Source: Candidatus Methanomethylicaceae archaeon (GTDB lineage Archaea; Thermoproteota; Methanomethylicia; Methanomethylicales; Methanomethylicaceae). Taken from it: a stretch of DNA of 64,000 nucleotides. Made by a program: the position numbers and the translations under genes. The DNA lies in contig JACTUC010000003.1 in the NCBI GenBank assembly GCA_015660995.1, forward strand, positions 30,525 to 94,524, given 5' to 3'. Below are positions 48,863-57,681 of this stretch, in pieces. Positions within the stretch are counted from its first letter, which is position 1. Each line of letters opens with the position of its first letter. The notes below the pieces were generated by a model. That model searched no databases, had not been told where the DNA came from, and saw only the letters and a list, made by a program, of their open reading frames with translations.

Positions 48863-49631
48863 TGATCCTTAATATAAGTAACTATGGTGCTGACAGTCAC
48901 AGTTTCATTCTCCCAATAAAAAATCCAACTAGGCGCAATTATACTGTAAGCCTCAAAAGGTTGAATATAGAAGATGATCCCTTACAATTTCACAGTTTAA
49001 GCATTGTTATTGAACTTTAGGAATTGGCTTGGCTGGGTTTGACCCACGACCAGCAAGATAAAGCTGCAAACTATTGGAAAATCATCGAAGCTCTTGCATC
49101 TTCTTCAAAATTTCGTTGTATCCCAACAGCCTGCAGGATTCACAGTGCTTTTCAATGTGAACTGTCTTGTTGCTCTCGCACCACCAATAATCTTTGATCC
49201 TCCAATCGTCTCTTTTCAATTCTTTTCATTCTCCACTTTTTTCTGTTTTACTATTTCTTCTTTGATCCGATCCAGACCAATTCTTCCTTCTCAGGTTTCT
49301 GATAGATACTCTGAGATTCTTAGTTTCCTGGAAGATTACTGCTTCCAGTGTGAACTTGATTCTGGTATAAGTTCACCACAACTCCAGCTTCCTAGTAGGA
49401 GTCGATAATGATAAGGTCGACTGTTCGCTCATGGAGCAAGACGAAAGTAATATCCGGTGACTCACATGAAGTGACTCATTCTTAGTTTCGCAAAAAAATT
49501 ACTGATGGATTTTGACGCATTACTCTATGCGTGGAAGGTAGGTGATCTACCACTGCAAAGTTCCTCCTTCTGCGAAATATGATAGCACGCCTTATTTTGA
49601 AGTTAACAAATAGTAATGTTTGGTGTGGTCA

Positions 49632-50180
49632 ATGAACCCGAAAATTCTGACAGATAACGCCAGGATACTCAAGAATATACCCAGGACAGGCTGGCTTCAG
49701 CGCGGAATACCGCTCTCTGTAGCGGAGACCGTGGCTGAGCACTCATTCGAAGTGGCATCCATACTCGCGGTAATATCAATGGAAGCGGGGGGAGGTCTTG
49801 ACAAGGAGAAGCTTCTGATAATGGGAACTATTCACGACTGGGGGGAGGCGGTGGCTGGGGATATACCCAGGTCACTCACCAAGAGGTTGGGAAAGGAAAC
49901 AAAAAGCAAGGCAGAGATGAAGATAATGAAAGAACTCTCCGCTGCAAGCGGGTCCAAGAGGCTCGCGCAAATCTTCGAGGAGTATGAGGGAGGGAAGAGC
50001 GTTGAAGCAGTAGTGGCAAAGATAGCAGACGTGCTCTCCACCCTCAGGCAGGCAAAAGCATACTCGGATAGGGGTTACCATGTGGAGGACATAGTATCGG
50101 GATGCAAGGAAGAACTCAACGAGCTCCTGGAGCGGATCAGCAGCGAGGGATTAAGGAGAATAATAAGAAAGCTCCAATGA
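49632..50180 (+). CDS. HD-domain phosphohydrolase (YfbR-like 5'-nucleotidase family)
   Basis: AEHSF...HDWGEAVAGD HD motif. Confidence 0.7.
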   Translation: MNPKILTDNARILKNIPRTGWLQRGIPLSVAETVAEHSFEVASILAVISMEAGGGLDKEKLLIMGTIHDWGEAVAGDIPRSLTKRLGKETKSKAEMKIMKELSAASGSKRLAQIFEEYEGGKSVEAVVAKIADVLSTLRQAKAYSDRGYHVEDIVSGCKEELNELLERISSEGLRRIIRKLQ

Positions 50181-50241
50181 AAGACCAACAGGTTAAGCGC
50201 GGGTATAGGTATAAATCGAACTTCTCTCATTTCTGGATAAT

Positions 50242-50508
50242 ATGAGCAAACCCGATAAGAAAAAGGATGAGCCGGATAATGAAAAGTTCATTATGCCTAT
50301 ACCGGCTGGTGTCCCTTACTCCATCCTTGCCCAGGCGGTAAACAAGTTCGGCATAGAGTTGGTTGAGAAAGAAGTTGTTCTGCCAGGATCGGCGGGGGAC
50401 GAGATTGTTCCCAAGGCATGGGTTCTTCGGGGCGATAAGGAAGGCCTTGGAAAGGCCAGGGAGTTCATCGCAAAGAAGATCTTGGAATCGATGAGAAGGT
50501 TCGAGTAG
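50242..50508 (+). CDS. Small hypothetical protein
   Basis: 88 aa. No assignable family. Confidence 0.3.
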   Translation: MSKPDKKKDEPDNEKFIMPIPAGVPYSILAQAVNKFGIELVEKEVVLPGSAGDEIVPKAWVLRGDKEGLGKAREFIAKKILESMRRFE

Positions 50509-50520
50509 GATAGGAAAAAA

Positions 50521-51030
50521 TCACTTTTTGGCCTTGAACTTCTCGGAGATCCTCTTGTCCTCTTCGACGATCTCAGCCTTGTAGTCCTCAATTATCCTGG
50601 AAAAAGAGCTCAAGAGCAGCTGCTCAATAGCCCTGCCAATGGACATCCCGTAGTTTTCGCACAGTGCGCTGATTTCTTGAGAATTGGCCTCGAGGAAGGG
50701 CACGATTGGTTCGCTCATGGCATCCGAAAGCATTTTGACGGTCTTTCTCTTCGGGTACCCCCCGAACCTCTCGAGGGATAACTCGAGTGCATAGAGATCG
50801 GAGCGGCTGTCGGTTGAGATTATTCTCCTTACCAACCCAAGCTCACGGAGCCTGTCAAGCCTCTTTATGAGGGCATCTTCCTTCACTTTTAGGATCTCAG
50901 CCATGCTTTCTTGCGTCATTGGCCCGTCTTGCAGAAAGAACATCACTTCCCTTAGTTCTTCGTCCATGTATGCATTTGCGAAGCCTAGCAGCTTCTCTTC
51001 AGGAATTACGAGTGTTACCATTTTTATCAC
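50521..51030 (-). CDS. Winged-helix transcriptional regulator, last gene of the mcrC operon
   Basis: wHTH segment (ESMAEILKVKEDALIKRLDRLRELGLVRR). 32-nt overlap with the upstream ORF. Confidence 0.5.
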   Translation of the reverse strand: MIKMVTLVIPEEKLLGFANAYMDEELREVMFFLQDGPMTQESMAEILKVKEDALIKRLDRLRELGLVRRIISTDSRSDLYALELSLERFGGYPKRKTVKMLSDAMSEPIVPFLEANSQEISALCENYGMSIGRAIEQLLLSSFSRIIEDYKAEIVEEDKRISEKFKAKK

Positions 51031-51469
51031 CTAGAGTCTTGAGGAACGTTCTTATCTTTGAGAGCATTACCTTGGCCTCCTCCTCGTTGCCAGGATAGGG
51101 GACTTTGATGAACGGGATCTTCTTCTGTGTAATCAGGTATATGAGGAACTCGTTAGTCCTTGCACAACTGGCGCACCCGAACAGCGCCTCGGACTCCTCC
51201 ACAATTATGGCGGCATCTGCCTCCTCGACCAGCGGGGCCATGAGCGCCAGTCGCCCCCTTACTCCTGATGGAACCTCTATGGCGACCCACTTGAGCCCCC
51301 GCCTCGGGAAGTCAGGGGTAATGTTCATAGGAGGCGAGTCGAGCTCGGGCTTGTTCAGGTTCTTTGACACCTCTTCACCGAGCCCCAATGGGGTATGACC
51401 CTCCCTCTTTACGAGATCGTAGAGTATTAGGCTATTGGGCGGGAATATGAATATCTTGGCCACTCGCAT
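50999..51469 (-). CDS. Uncharacterized protein co-transcribed with mcrC (candidate methanogenesis-associated protein)
   Basis: Strong SD-like GGAGGAG directly upstream of the ATG at 51469. Overlaps the mcrC 3' end by 38 nt. Contains a FGCASCARTNE motif. Confidence 0.4.
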   Translation of the reverse strand: MRVAKIFIFPPNSLILYDLVKREGHTPLGLGEEVSKNLNKPELDSPPMNITPDFPRRGLKWVAIEVPSGVRGRLALMAPLVEEADAAIIVEESEALFGCASCARTNEFLIYLITQKKIPFIKVPYPGNEEEAKVMLSKIRTFLKTLGDKNGNTRNS

Positions 51470-52115
51470 CTCCTCCTCTAGGCAGTTCTCCGCTTTCGAT
51501 CTTGCCTAGCCAGAACTTGGTCTTTATCACTATCTCATTGAGCTTCTCCCTGGGCGCGCTGACCCCCCTCACAACGCCTGTAATGAGGTCGACTATTTCG
51601 CCAGCGCACTCGACCTTCCCAGGAGGGGGCCTTACCAGCCGCGTTATTATACCTACCCTTGCGAAATCCTCATAGTCGACGGGAGCTTCACAGACAATAA
51701 TAATCGGAATGTCAACGAAGTGCAGGAAAGACTTCGCCTTGTGTACAACGTGCCCACCTATGCCACCCAGGTGGAACAGACCAAGTTTGAACCTTCTGAT
51801 CTGCATTATCTCCTTCTCGTTTATTGTTGCCATGGAACCTCCGGGTGCACCACTATAGGGCGAATCTGCCGGGATGCCTGAGCCGGAATCCAGCACAAGG
51901 ACACTGGTCCTTATTCCCTGTTCGCGGAGTCCATATGTGATCTCACAGACGGGTTTTGTGATGTGCCTCTTGCCCGGGGACATCGCGATCGCCACCACCT
52001 CGAACTTCTCGGACTCGGAGATAGTGCCTCGCTGCGCGAGGCCTCCACCCTCGCCCATACCTTGGGCTTCCCTGCAATCGACTATCTGGACGTTTCTACC
52101 CAGGGCATCCTGCAA
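51432..52115 (-). CDS. mcrC: Methyl-coenzyme M reductase operon protein C (McrC)-family protein
   Basis: N-terminal IVDCREAQGMGEGGGLAQRGT and AMSPGKRHITKPVCEITYGLRE blocks are characteristic of McrC. TTG start. Confidence 0.65.
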   Translation of the reverse strand: MQDALGRNVQIVDCREAQGMGEGGGLAQRGTISESEKFEVVAIAMSPGKRHITKPVCEITYGLREQGIRTSVLVLDSGSGIPADSPYSGAPGGSMATINEKEIMQIRRFKLGLFHLGGIGGHVVHKAKSFLHFVDIPIIIVCEAPVDYEDFARVGIITRLVRPPPGKVECAGEIVDLITGVVRGVSAPREKLNEIVIKTKFWLGKIESGELPRGGDASGQDIHIPAQ

Positions 52116-52156
52116 TCCGCTTACCTCGAGACAGTGTTAATAGCACAAACAGTCCT

Positions 52157-52501
52157 TTAACGCTTCTTTCGGGTATTCCTTTGGTACTCCCTTATGTAAT
52201 CCTTGACCGTAGGTTTAGGTTTTGTGAAACGCCCGTAGCGTACGTCATAGCCATAGGGCATCATCTGATCCATGACAGGTTTCAGCTTTGCAACAATAGC
52301 TTCAGCGTCGGTGCCCTCTTTTAAGATAACTATGAAGTGACCGACGAGAAAACCACCGCCACGCCAGTTGTGTGTCTTTACGCCGACGTCGGAGACCTCC
52401 TCCATGTCCTTTATTATCTGGACAAATTCGTCGGATTTCTTCCGTTCCATGAGTCTTCGGGGCAAGATGTCAATATCAGGAGTTCCTGAATAATCAGGCA
52501 T
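52157..52501 (-). CDS. Uncharacterized small protein, first gene of the mcrC-side operon
   Basis: 114 aa, ATG start at the divergent promoter. No family assignable. Confidence 0.35.
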   Translation of the reverse strand: MPDYSGTPDIDILPRRLMERKKSDEFVQIIKDMEEVSDVGVKTHNWRGGGFLVGHFIVILKEGTDAEAIVAKLKPVMDQMMPYGYDVRYGRFTKPKPTVKDYIREYQRNTRKKR

Positions 52502-52568
52502 AAGATGTTACCTTGCGTATAGATTTAATTAACCTTTATTAAATTAATGCTATGTCGGTGAGAGGTCG
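52502..52568. promoter_or_regulatory. 67-bp bidirectional promoter region between divergent MCR-activation operons
   Basis: AT-rich with TATA-like TTTAATTAACCTTTATTAAATTAA. SD-like GGTGAGAGG before the mmp3 TTG start. Confidence 0.4.
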
Positions 52569-54095
52569 TTGAGGGTATCAATAGACGGCAAGCAGGTTGA
52601 GGTCGAGCCCAGCACAACGATAGGTTCTGTGGCGAAGACTCTAGGAATAGAACTTGCAACCGGTTGCATATTGGCAGTGAAGAAGGAAGTCGAAGGCGAG
52701 AAGGTCCAGACCAACCTGTACGAGGTTTACACATCAAAAGGGAAGATGGTAATCAGGATAGAGTGCGAAAAGATCCTCGACGGCTGGCGAAAGACATTCA
52801 AGAAGTTCGAAGGCACAGGCATAAGGTGGGTCACAAGGGATGCGGTAGTCTTTGGCCCCATCGTCAGCGACTTCGAGCCTTCCAGGGAATCAGTTGAGCT
52901 CAGGCAGTACGAGATCACCCTAAGCCTTGGTGGCTATAGCAGCGATAACACTCACCTTGTCTTCGGCCGCAGGCTACACAGTAGCTTATACGCGCCGCCC
53001 AAGGGGTGCGGGGTGCTAGGTAGAGTCGTATATGGTAGGCATCTAGTTGACGAGCTGAAGATGGGAGACAGGATTGTCAAGGTTGAGCCAGTCATAGAGA
53101 TAAAGACCGGCGAAGGCGCGGTCTTCAAGGCTGACAGGGGTTATCAGATCAAGGAGCCGGTCCAGATCTTCACGAAGCTCGGGATCGAGCTAGATGGTGC
53201 ATCGCCCTTGAGTGGGGAGCTCGTGTATAAGGTCACAGGCAACGACATGCTGACCATTGACAGGATAACAAGCAGGTTCGTAGCGTGCGACAGCATGAGC
53301 ATGGGTGCCCTGGCTAGCGAGAGGCAGGAAAGGAGGTCCAGGGGGATCGTTACTGTGAGGAATTCGGGAGCCAATTCGGGCTCGGTTTACGTTTATTTGA
53401 AGGAGGCTGCTCTGACCCTTGCGCACAATATAGCTGGCAGGGTGATGGAAGGCATGGAGCTTGCCGACGTCACGGAGAACGGCGATAGGATATCAGTGAA
53501 GGTATCTCCTCAAATGCTTAGTCTACTGGGCAGGACGCAAAAAGACTCAGGGGAGTTGCTGAAGAGCCGCGGGATCAAGCAGAAAAGGAGCGGTGACTCT
53601 TCGGACAGTGCTATTGTGGTCGAGCAGGACCCGCCGACCACCCTGGAGCTTTTGGCAAAGGGCGAGGCCACGTGCTTTGGGGTAAAACCCTCGGAGCTGA
53701 TCGGCATCCGCCTCTTTGGCAAGGAGGCTCCTAATTCCGTGAGGTATTTCAGGCGACTTACCGGGTTGGAACTGAGGAAGACGGGCAAGATGACGGTCTA
53801 TTTTACGACGCCCAAGTCTGAGATGATACTCTTCAAGGGCGACGAGGTCATGGCAAAGGAACTCCTGCCAGAGAACGTGCCCGAAAGGAAGGTTGGCGCG
53901 AACATTCTGGGGGTGACAAACGCGGTGAAGAAGTTTGCGGGAATGGTGGGTGTGCGCTTCACTGAGAGTGCCGAGTTTGGCCCGACGGCAGAGAAGTTCG
54001 AGGGGACAAACATCATCGGGGAGGTCGTGGCTAACCTGGAGGGAGTGAAGAAGCTGGGCGGGAAGAAGACGGTATACATCGCGGAGGTAAAATGA
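52569..54095 (+). CDS. Methanogenesis marker protein 3-like (UPF0288 family)
   Basis: 508 aa, size and composition fit Mmp3. Located in operon with atwA. Confidence 0.55.
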   Translation: MRVSIDGKQVEVEPSTTIGSVAKTLGIELATGCILAVKKEVEGEKVQTNLYEVYTSKGKMVIRIECEKILDGWRKTFKKFEGTGIRWVTRDAVVFGPIVSDFEPSRESVELRQYEITLSLGGYSSDNTHLVFGRRLHSSLYAPPKGCGVLGRVVYGRHLVDELKMGDRIVKVEPVIEIKTGEGAVFKADRGYQIKEPVQIFTKLGIELDGASPLSGELVYKVTGNDMLTIDRITSRFVACDSMSMGALASERQERRSRGIVTVRNSGANSGSVYVYLKEAALTLAHNIAGRVMEGMELADVTENGDRISVKVSPQMLSLLGRTQKDSGELLKSRGIKQKRSGDSSDSAIVVEQDPPTTLELLAKGEATCFGVKPSELIGIRLFGKEAPNSVRYFRRLTGLELRKTGKMTVYFTTPKSEMILFKGDEVMAKELLPENVPERKVGANILGVTNAVKKFAGMVGVRFTESAEFGPTAEKFEGTNIIGEVVANLEGVKKLGGKKTVYIAEVK

Positions 54096-54547
54096 TGATC
54101 AAGACTTATCTGGCGATGCTCTCGACCGACTCGAACCTGACGCCTTCCATGCTGGCAGAGAAGGTAGCGACCATTGGAGGGGTGGAGTACAAGGAGACTT
54201 GCTATGGCCTGCTGCTGGAGGGGGAGGAGGAGACTCTCGAGAAGGTCATGGATGAGCTCAGGAGGATGGATCCCAACAGGATCTTCTTCAAGGTAAGGGG
54301 TTACAAGATAGGGGACGCAAGGATCTGTAGGGCCAAGAGGGGAGGTGGACCAAGGCCTGGATACCACGTGCTTGGCGTCGAGAGGGAAGCCTTGAAGAAC
54401 GTCTCCAAAGCGCTGGACAGCTCCGAACTGCCGACCTATGCCGAGAAGAAGAAGGGGAAGCTGAACGTGGATTCACTGAAGAAGATCATCGAGAAGGAAG
54501 AACCGAGAGAGGAAAAGGGAAAGATAGACGGAGGGAAGAAGGATTAG
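54092..54547 (+). CDS. Methanogenesis marker protein 6-like
   Basis: 151 aa with RICRAKRGGGPRPGYH motif. 4-nt overlap with the upstream gene. Confidence 0.45.
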   Translation: MMIKTYLAMLSTDSNLTPSMLAEKVATIGGVEYKETCYGLLLEGEEETLEKVMDELRRMDPNRIFFKVRGYKIGDARICRAKRGGGPRPGYHVLGVEREALKNVSKALDSSELPTYAEKKKGKLNVDSLKKIIEKEEPREEKGKIDGGKKD

Positions 54548-54584
54548 GATCGTTGCAGTTTCCACGGACAGCGTCGGTGGGCAG

Positions 54585-55094
54585 ATGTACGAGTACATAG
54601 CCAAGAAGACTCTTGAGGATCTGGCGCTTGGGGGCAGCGTAACTGGACTCAAGATGTGCATGCGCTCCGAGATACCCCTCTTCATCATAAAGATCAAGTT
54701 CAGGGAGGCTATGGGTAAGAATGCACTAGGCGGTCTCGCCAATATCGAGGAACGCGAGAACGGATCCAAGATAACCCTCGAAAGTGAGATCGATCTTGGC
54801 GATGCCCTCAAGACACTGTGGAGCACCTTCGGGAGAGACAAGGTCGAGCAGTCCGGGAGGACGGACATTATTGTGTCCGGCGTTGCGCCAAAGGACCTCC
54901 GGGATTTGAAGATAAGGGACAAGGCAATTGACGTCCCAGCTAGGATAAACGAACTCGCAGCAAGAATCATACCCGAGGGTCTGAGGGTCAGGAGCATAAT
55001 CAGAGAGCCCGGGGTCATGACATTCATAGCTGCGGAGGACCCAATGAGGGAGGAGTGGAAGGATATGGGGCGGAAGCTGGAGGTCGACGAGTAA
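54585..55094 (+). CDS. Methanogenesis marker protein (Mmp17- or Mmp5-like), uncertain
   Basis: 169 aa. Operon position between the mmp6-like and mmp7-like genes. Confidence 0.35.
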   Translation: MYEYIAKKTLEDLALGGSVTGLKMCMRSEIPLFIIKIKFREAMGKNALGGLANIEERENGSKITLESEIDLGDALKTLWSTFGRDKVEQSGRTDIIVSGVAPKDLRDLKIRDKAIDVPARINELAARIIPEGLRVRSIIREPGVMTFIAAEDPMREEWKDMGRKLEVDE

Positions 55095-56002
55095 TGCTCA
55101 AGTACATAATATTTGAGGGGGGACTATACAAGCACGAGATCCTGGAGGAGTTCCTGGAGGACATAGGTGGCTTCATAGTGCAGAGGGTCTCCGTGAGCCT
55201 AGATCTCATACTGAACCTTGCGGTCCCTGAGGAGGAGGTACAGAGGCTGAACGATATCGCTGTAGGGTTGAAAGGCAAGCTTAAGGAAGCCCCACTCATA
55301 GGGACGGAGGTCGCTGTGGTCGCACCGACGCTCTCTCGCCACCACTTGCCACACCCGTCATGCGACGTAGCGGAGAACCTCAGGCGGTATGGGGCGAAGA
55401 CCAATATCATCGGGCTGGCTAGGGGCGTCGGCCAGAAGATTGTCAATAGATCCACGAGAGAGAAGGAGCTCATAGAGGAACACGACCTGGCAGTCTTTAC
55501 TCTTGGCAACTTCGAGCATTGCCTAAAAGAAGCAAAGCTTCCGCTCTTCAAGGACCTGTCGATACCTGTAATCGTCACTGGCGGCCCTTATTTCAACGGC
55601 CTGCCAGGAGCACAGGGCTATGTCGGGGGAATAGGCAGGTTCCCGGAGAGAGCGAGGACGGGCGATCTGATAGAGAGGCTGAATGCGGTCTCAGAGCTCT
55701 CCGGGAAGGTCGTGGAGCAGAGGAGGCGTGAGCTGGACCTCGATCCACTGATTGTTAACCCCATTGTCGTGAAGGAGGAAGTGGAGAGGCAGGTGCCGGA
55801 GGCTGAAGAGGGTCTCTCCCCCAACCCGATAACACTTAAGGTCGAGGGGGTTAGGATAAAGCTGCCATACGACGAGTACCATGAGAAGGTCGAGGGGATC
55901 AAGGTCGAGGGGAGAAGGCTTGGCGACATCGCAAATATCAGCAAGTCGCTCATGAGAGACTACATCCTTGTCCGCGTACTGCCGGAGTCAATGTTCAAGT
56001 GA
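55094..56002 (+). CDS. Methanogenesis marker protein 7-like
   Basis: About 302 aa from the ATG overlapping the upstream stop (TAATG). Size fits Mmp7. Confidence 0.4.
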   Translation: MLKYIIFEGGLYKHEILEEFLEDIGGFIVQRVSVSLDLILNLAVPEEEVQRLNDIAVGLKGKLKEAPLIGTEVAVVAPTLSRHHLPHPSCDVAENLRRYGAKTNIIGLARGVGQKIVNRSTREKELIEEHDLAVFTLGNFEHCLKEAKLPLFKDLSIPVIVTGGPYFNGLPGAQGYVGGIGRFPERARTGDLIERLNAVSELSGKVVEQRRRELDLDPLIVNPIVVKEEVERQVPEAEEGLSPNPITLKVEGVRIKLPYDEYHEKVEGIKVEGRRLGDIANISKSLMRDYILVRVLPESMFK

Positions 56003-56012
56003 GGTATTTGAG

Positions 56013-57680
56013 ATGGTCTTAAGAGTGGAGTCACTTAGCAAACGGTACAGTTCGGATAATGTCACCGCCCTTGATTCGGTGAGCTTCAGTGTCAAGACGG
56101 GAGAGATAGTCGGCATCATCGGGGAGAGTGGGGCGGGCAAGACCACGCTCCTTAGGATCCTGAGGGGCGCGGAACCCTTCGACAGCGGCAGGATCTGCTT
56201 CGATAGGATGGTTATAGAACCATCGTCTCCCCAATCTGCCGTGATGGAATTCCAGAGGAAGACCGCGATACAGCTACAGCGTAGCTTCGGGCTCTGGCCT
56301 GAGAGCGCCCAGGACAATATTGTCAGGGCATTACGCTATGTTGACATCGGTGAGGAGAGCTTCCCCGACGACGAGGGTGAGGTGAGAGAATATCGAAAAA
56401 AGGCGATGGAGATACTGAAGGTCGTCGGTCTGGAGGGGAAGGCGAACCTATGGTCACAAGTCCTCAGCGGGGGCGAGAAGCAGAGGCTCATAGTGGCGAG
56501 GCAGATAGCGCGGAAGCCGAAGCTCCTGCTACTTGACGAGCCGGGGACCATGACAGACCCTGCCAGCAGGAAAGCGCTCGTGGAGACTCTGAGGCGCGTG
56601 AGGGACGAACTGAATACTAGCATCGTATTCGCATCGCACAACCCCCAGATGCATAGGGCTCTAGCGGACAGGATCCTGCTCCTCGAGAAGGGGAGGATCA
56701 AGGACGACGGGAAGACAGAGAAGGTCCTGAAAGAGTTCCTGTCGGGTCTGGAGAAGCCACTGGAGAAGGAGAAAATCCCCGGGCCCACAGTCATGAAGAT
56801 GGTCCATGTCTCGAAGATTTATGACTTATTCTCCTATGGCAGAGTATTTGAGCTCCTGGACACGAACCTCGAGTTCAGGCGTGGGGAGATAGTTGGCATA
56901 GTTGGACCCTCCAGCGCTGGCAAGACAGTTATACTGAGGATGATGGCTGGGTTGGAGCTCCCGGACACTGGTGAGGTCAAACTTCTCCACAAGGGAGAGT
57001 GGGTGGCATTGGGTAAGTTTGGTAGGAAGAGCCTCCATGCCAGGACCCATATTGGCATGTTACACCAGGAGTTCGATCTGTCGTATTGGGCGAGAGTCCT
57101 TGACCTCTTCGCTGCCCGCCTCGGGATGAAGGACCCGAAGATGATGGAAGCTGCCCTCAGGAGGGGAGAGAAGGCTGGGATAAAAGATGAGGTAGTGGAC
57201 GCACTCAGCAGGGCTGCCGAACTTCCGGAGAGCGAGATGGAGGAGAGGCTGAGGGAGATAGGCCTAGACCGTGAGGTCCTTAAGCAGCTCTTCAAGAGCA
57301 AGGATCCGGAGAAGGCGAAGGATGTGGCCCTGGCAGCGCTCCAAGAAATGGGGCTGGACAGGGGAATTCTAGATAGGTACGTCTATGAGCTCTCGGGAGG
57401 TGAGAAGATCAGAGTGGCTTTAGCGCTTTCCCTCGTATTCAACCCCGAGGTCCTGTTACTGGATGAGCCTTTTGGTGACTTGGATCCCCTTACGCTGCGC
57501 AAGGTCGCAAACTCCCTGAAGAGGGTCAAGAAATCCTTCAGGCCGGCGATAGTCATCGTCAGCCACCAGCTCGATTTCGTAGAGGAGGTGGCGGACAGGT
57601 GCATCCTAATAGCTGAAGGAAAAGTTATAATGGAGGGAGACCCCTCAAAAGTTATCAATCATTTCAACGGGAGTGCCTAG
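56013..57680 (+). CDS. atwA: Methyl-coenzyme M reductase system component A2 (AtwA), tandem ABC-type ATPase
   Basis: Two nucleotide-binding domains, each with Walker A (GESGAGKTT; GPSSAGKTV), signature (LSGGEKQRL; LSGGEKIRV) and Walker B. No TM domain. Confidence 0.8.
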   Translation: MVLRVESLSKRYSSDNVTALDSVSFSVKTGEIVGIIGESGAGKTTLLRILRGAEPFDSGRICFDRMVIEPSSPQSAVMEFQRKTAIQLQRSFGLWPESAQDNIVRALRYVDIGEESFPDDEGEVREYRKKAMEILKVVGLEGKANLWSQVLSGGEKQRLIVARQIARKPKLLLLDEPGTMTDPASRKALVETLRRVRDELNTSIVFASHNPQMHRALADRILLLEKGRIKDDGKTEKVLKEFLSGLEKPLEKEKIPGPTVMKMVHVSKIYDLFSYGRVFELLDTNLEFRRGEIVGIVGPSSAGKTVILRMMAGLELPDTGEVKLLHKGEWVALGKFGRKSLHARTHIGMLHQEFDLSYWARVLDLFAARLGMKDPKMMEAALRRGEKAGIKDEVVDALSRAAELPESEMEERLREIGLDREVLKQLFKSKDPEKAKDVALAALQEMGLDRGILDRYVYELSGGEKIRVALALSLVFNPEVLLLDEPFGDLDPLTLRKVANSLKRVKKSFRPAIVIVSHQLDFVEEVADRCILIAEGKVIMEGDPSKVINHFNGSA

Positions 57681-57681
57681 A

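Noticed and set aside
48826-49408. Plus-strand ORFs 48826..49020 and 49094..49408 inside the AT-rich island
   Set aside because: Low-complexity Ser/Phe/Leu-rich translations from a CT-rich tract, with no start context or motifs. They are treated as non-coding.
49845-49870. HDWGE peptide reminiscent of the LysW C-terminal EDWGE tail
   Set aside because: It lies inside the HD-domain hydrolase (the canonical HD motif itself) and is not a LysW gene. No LysW-like mini-ORF was found next to lysX.
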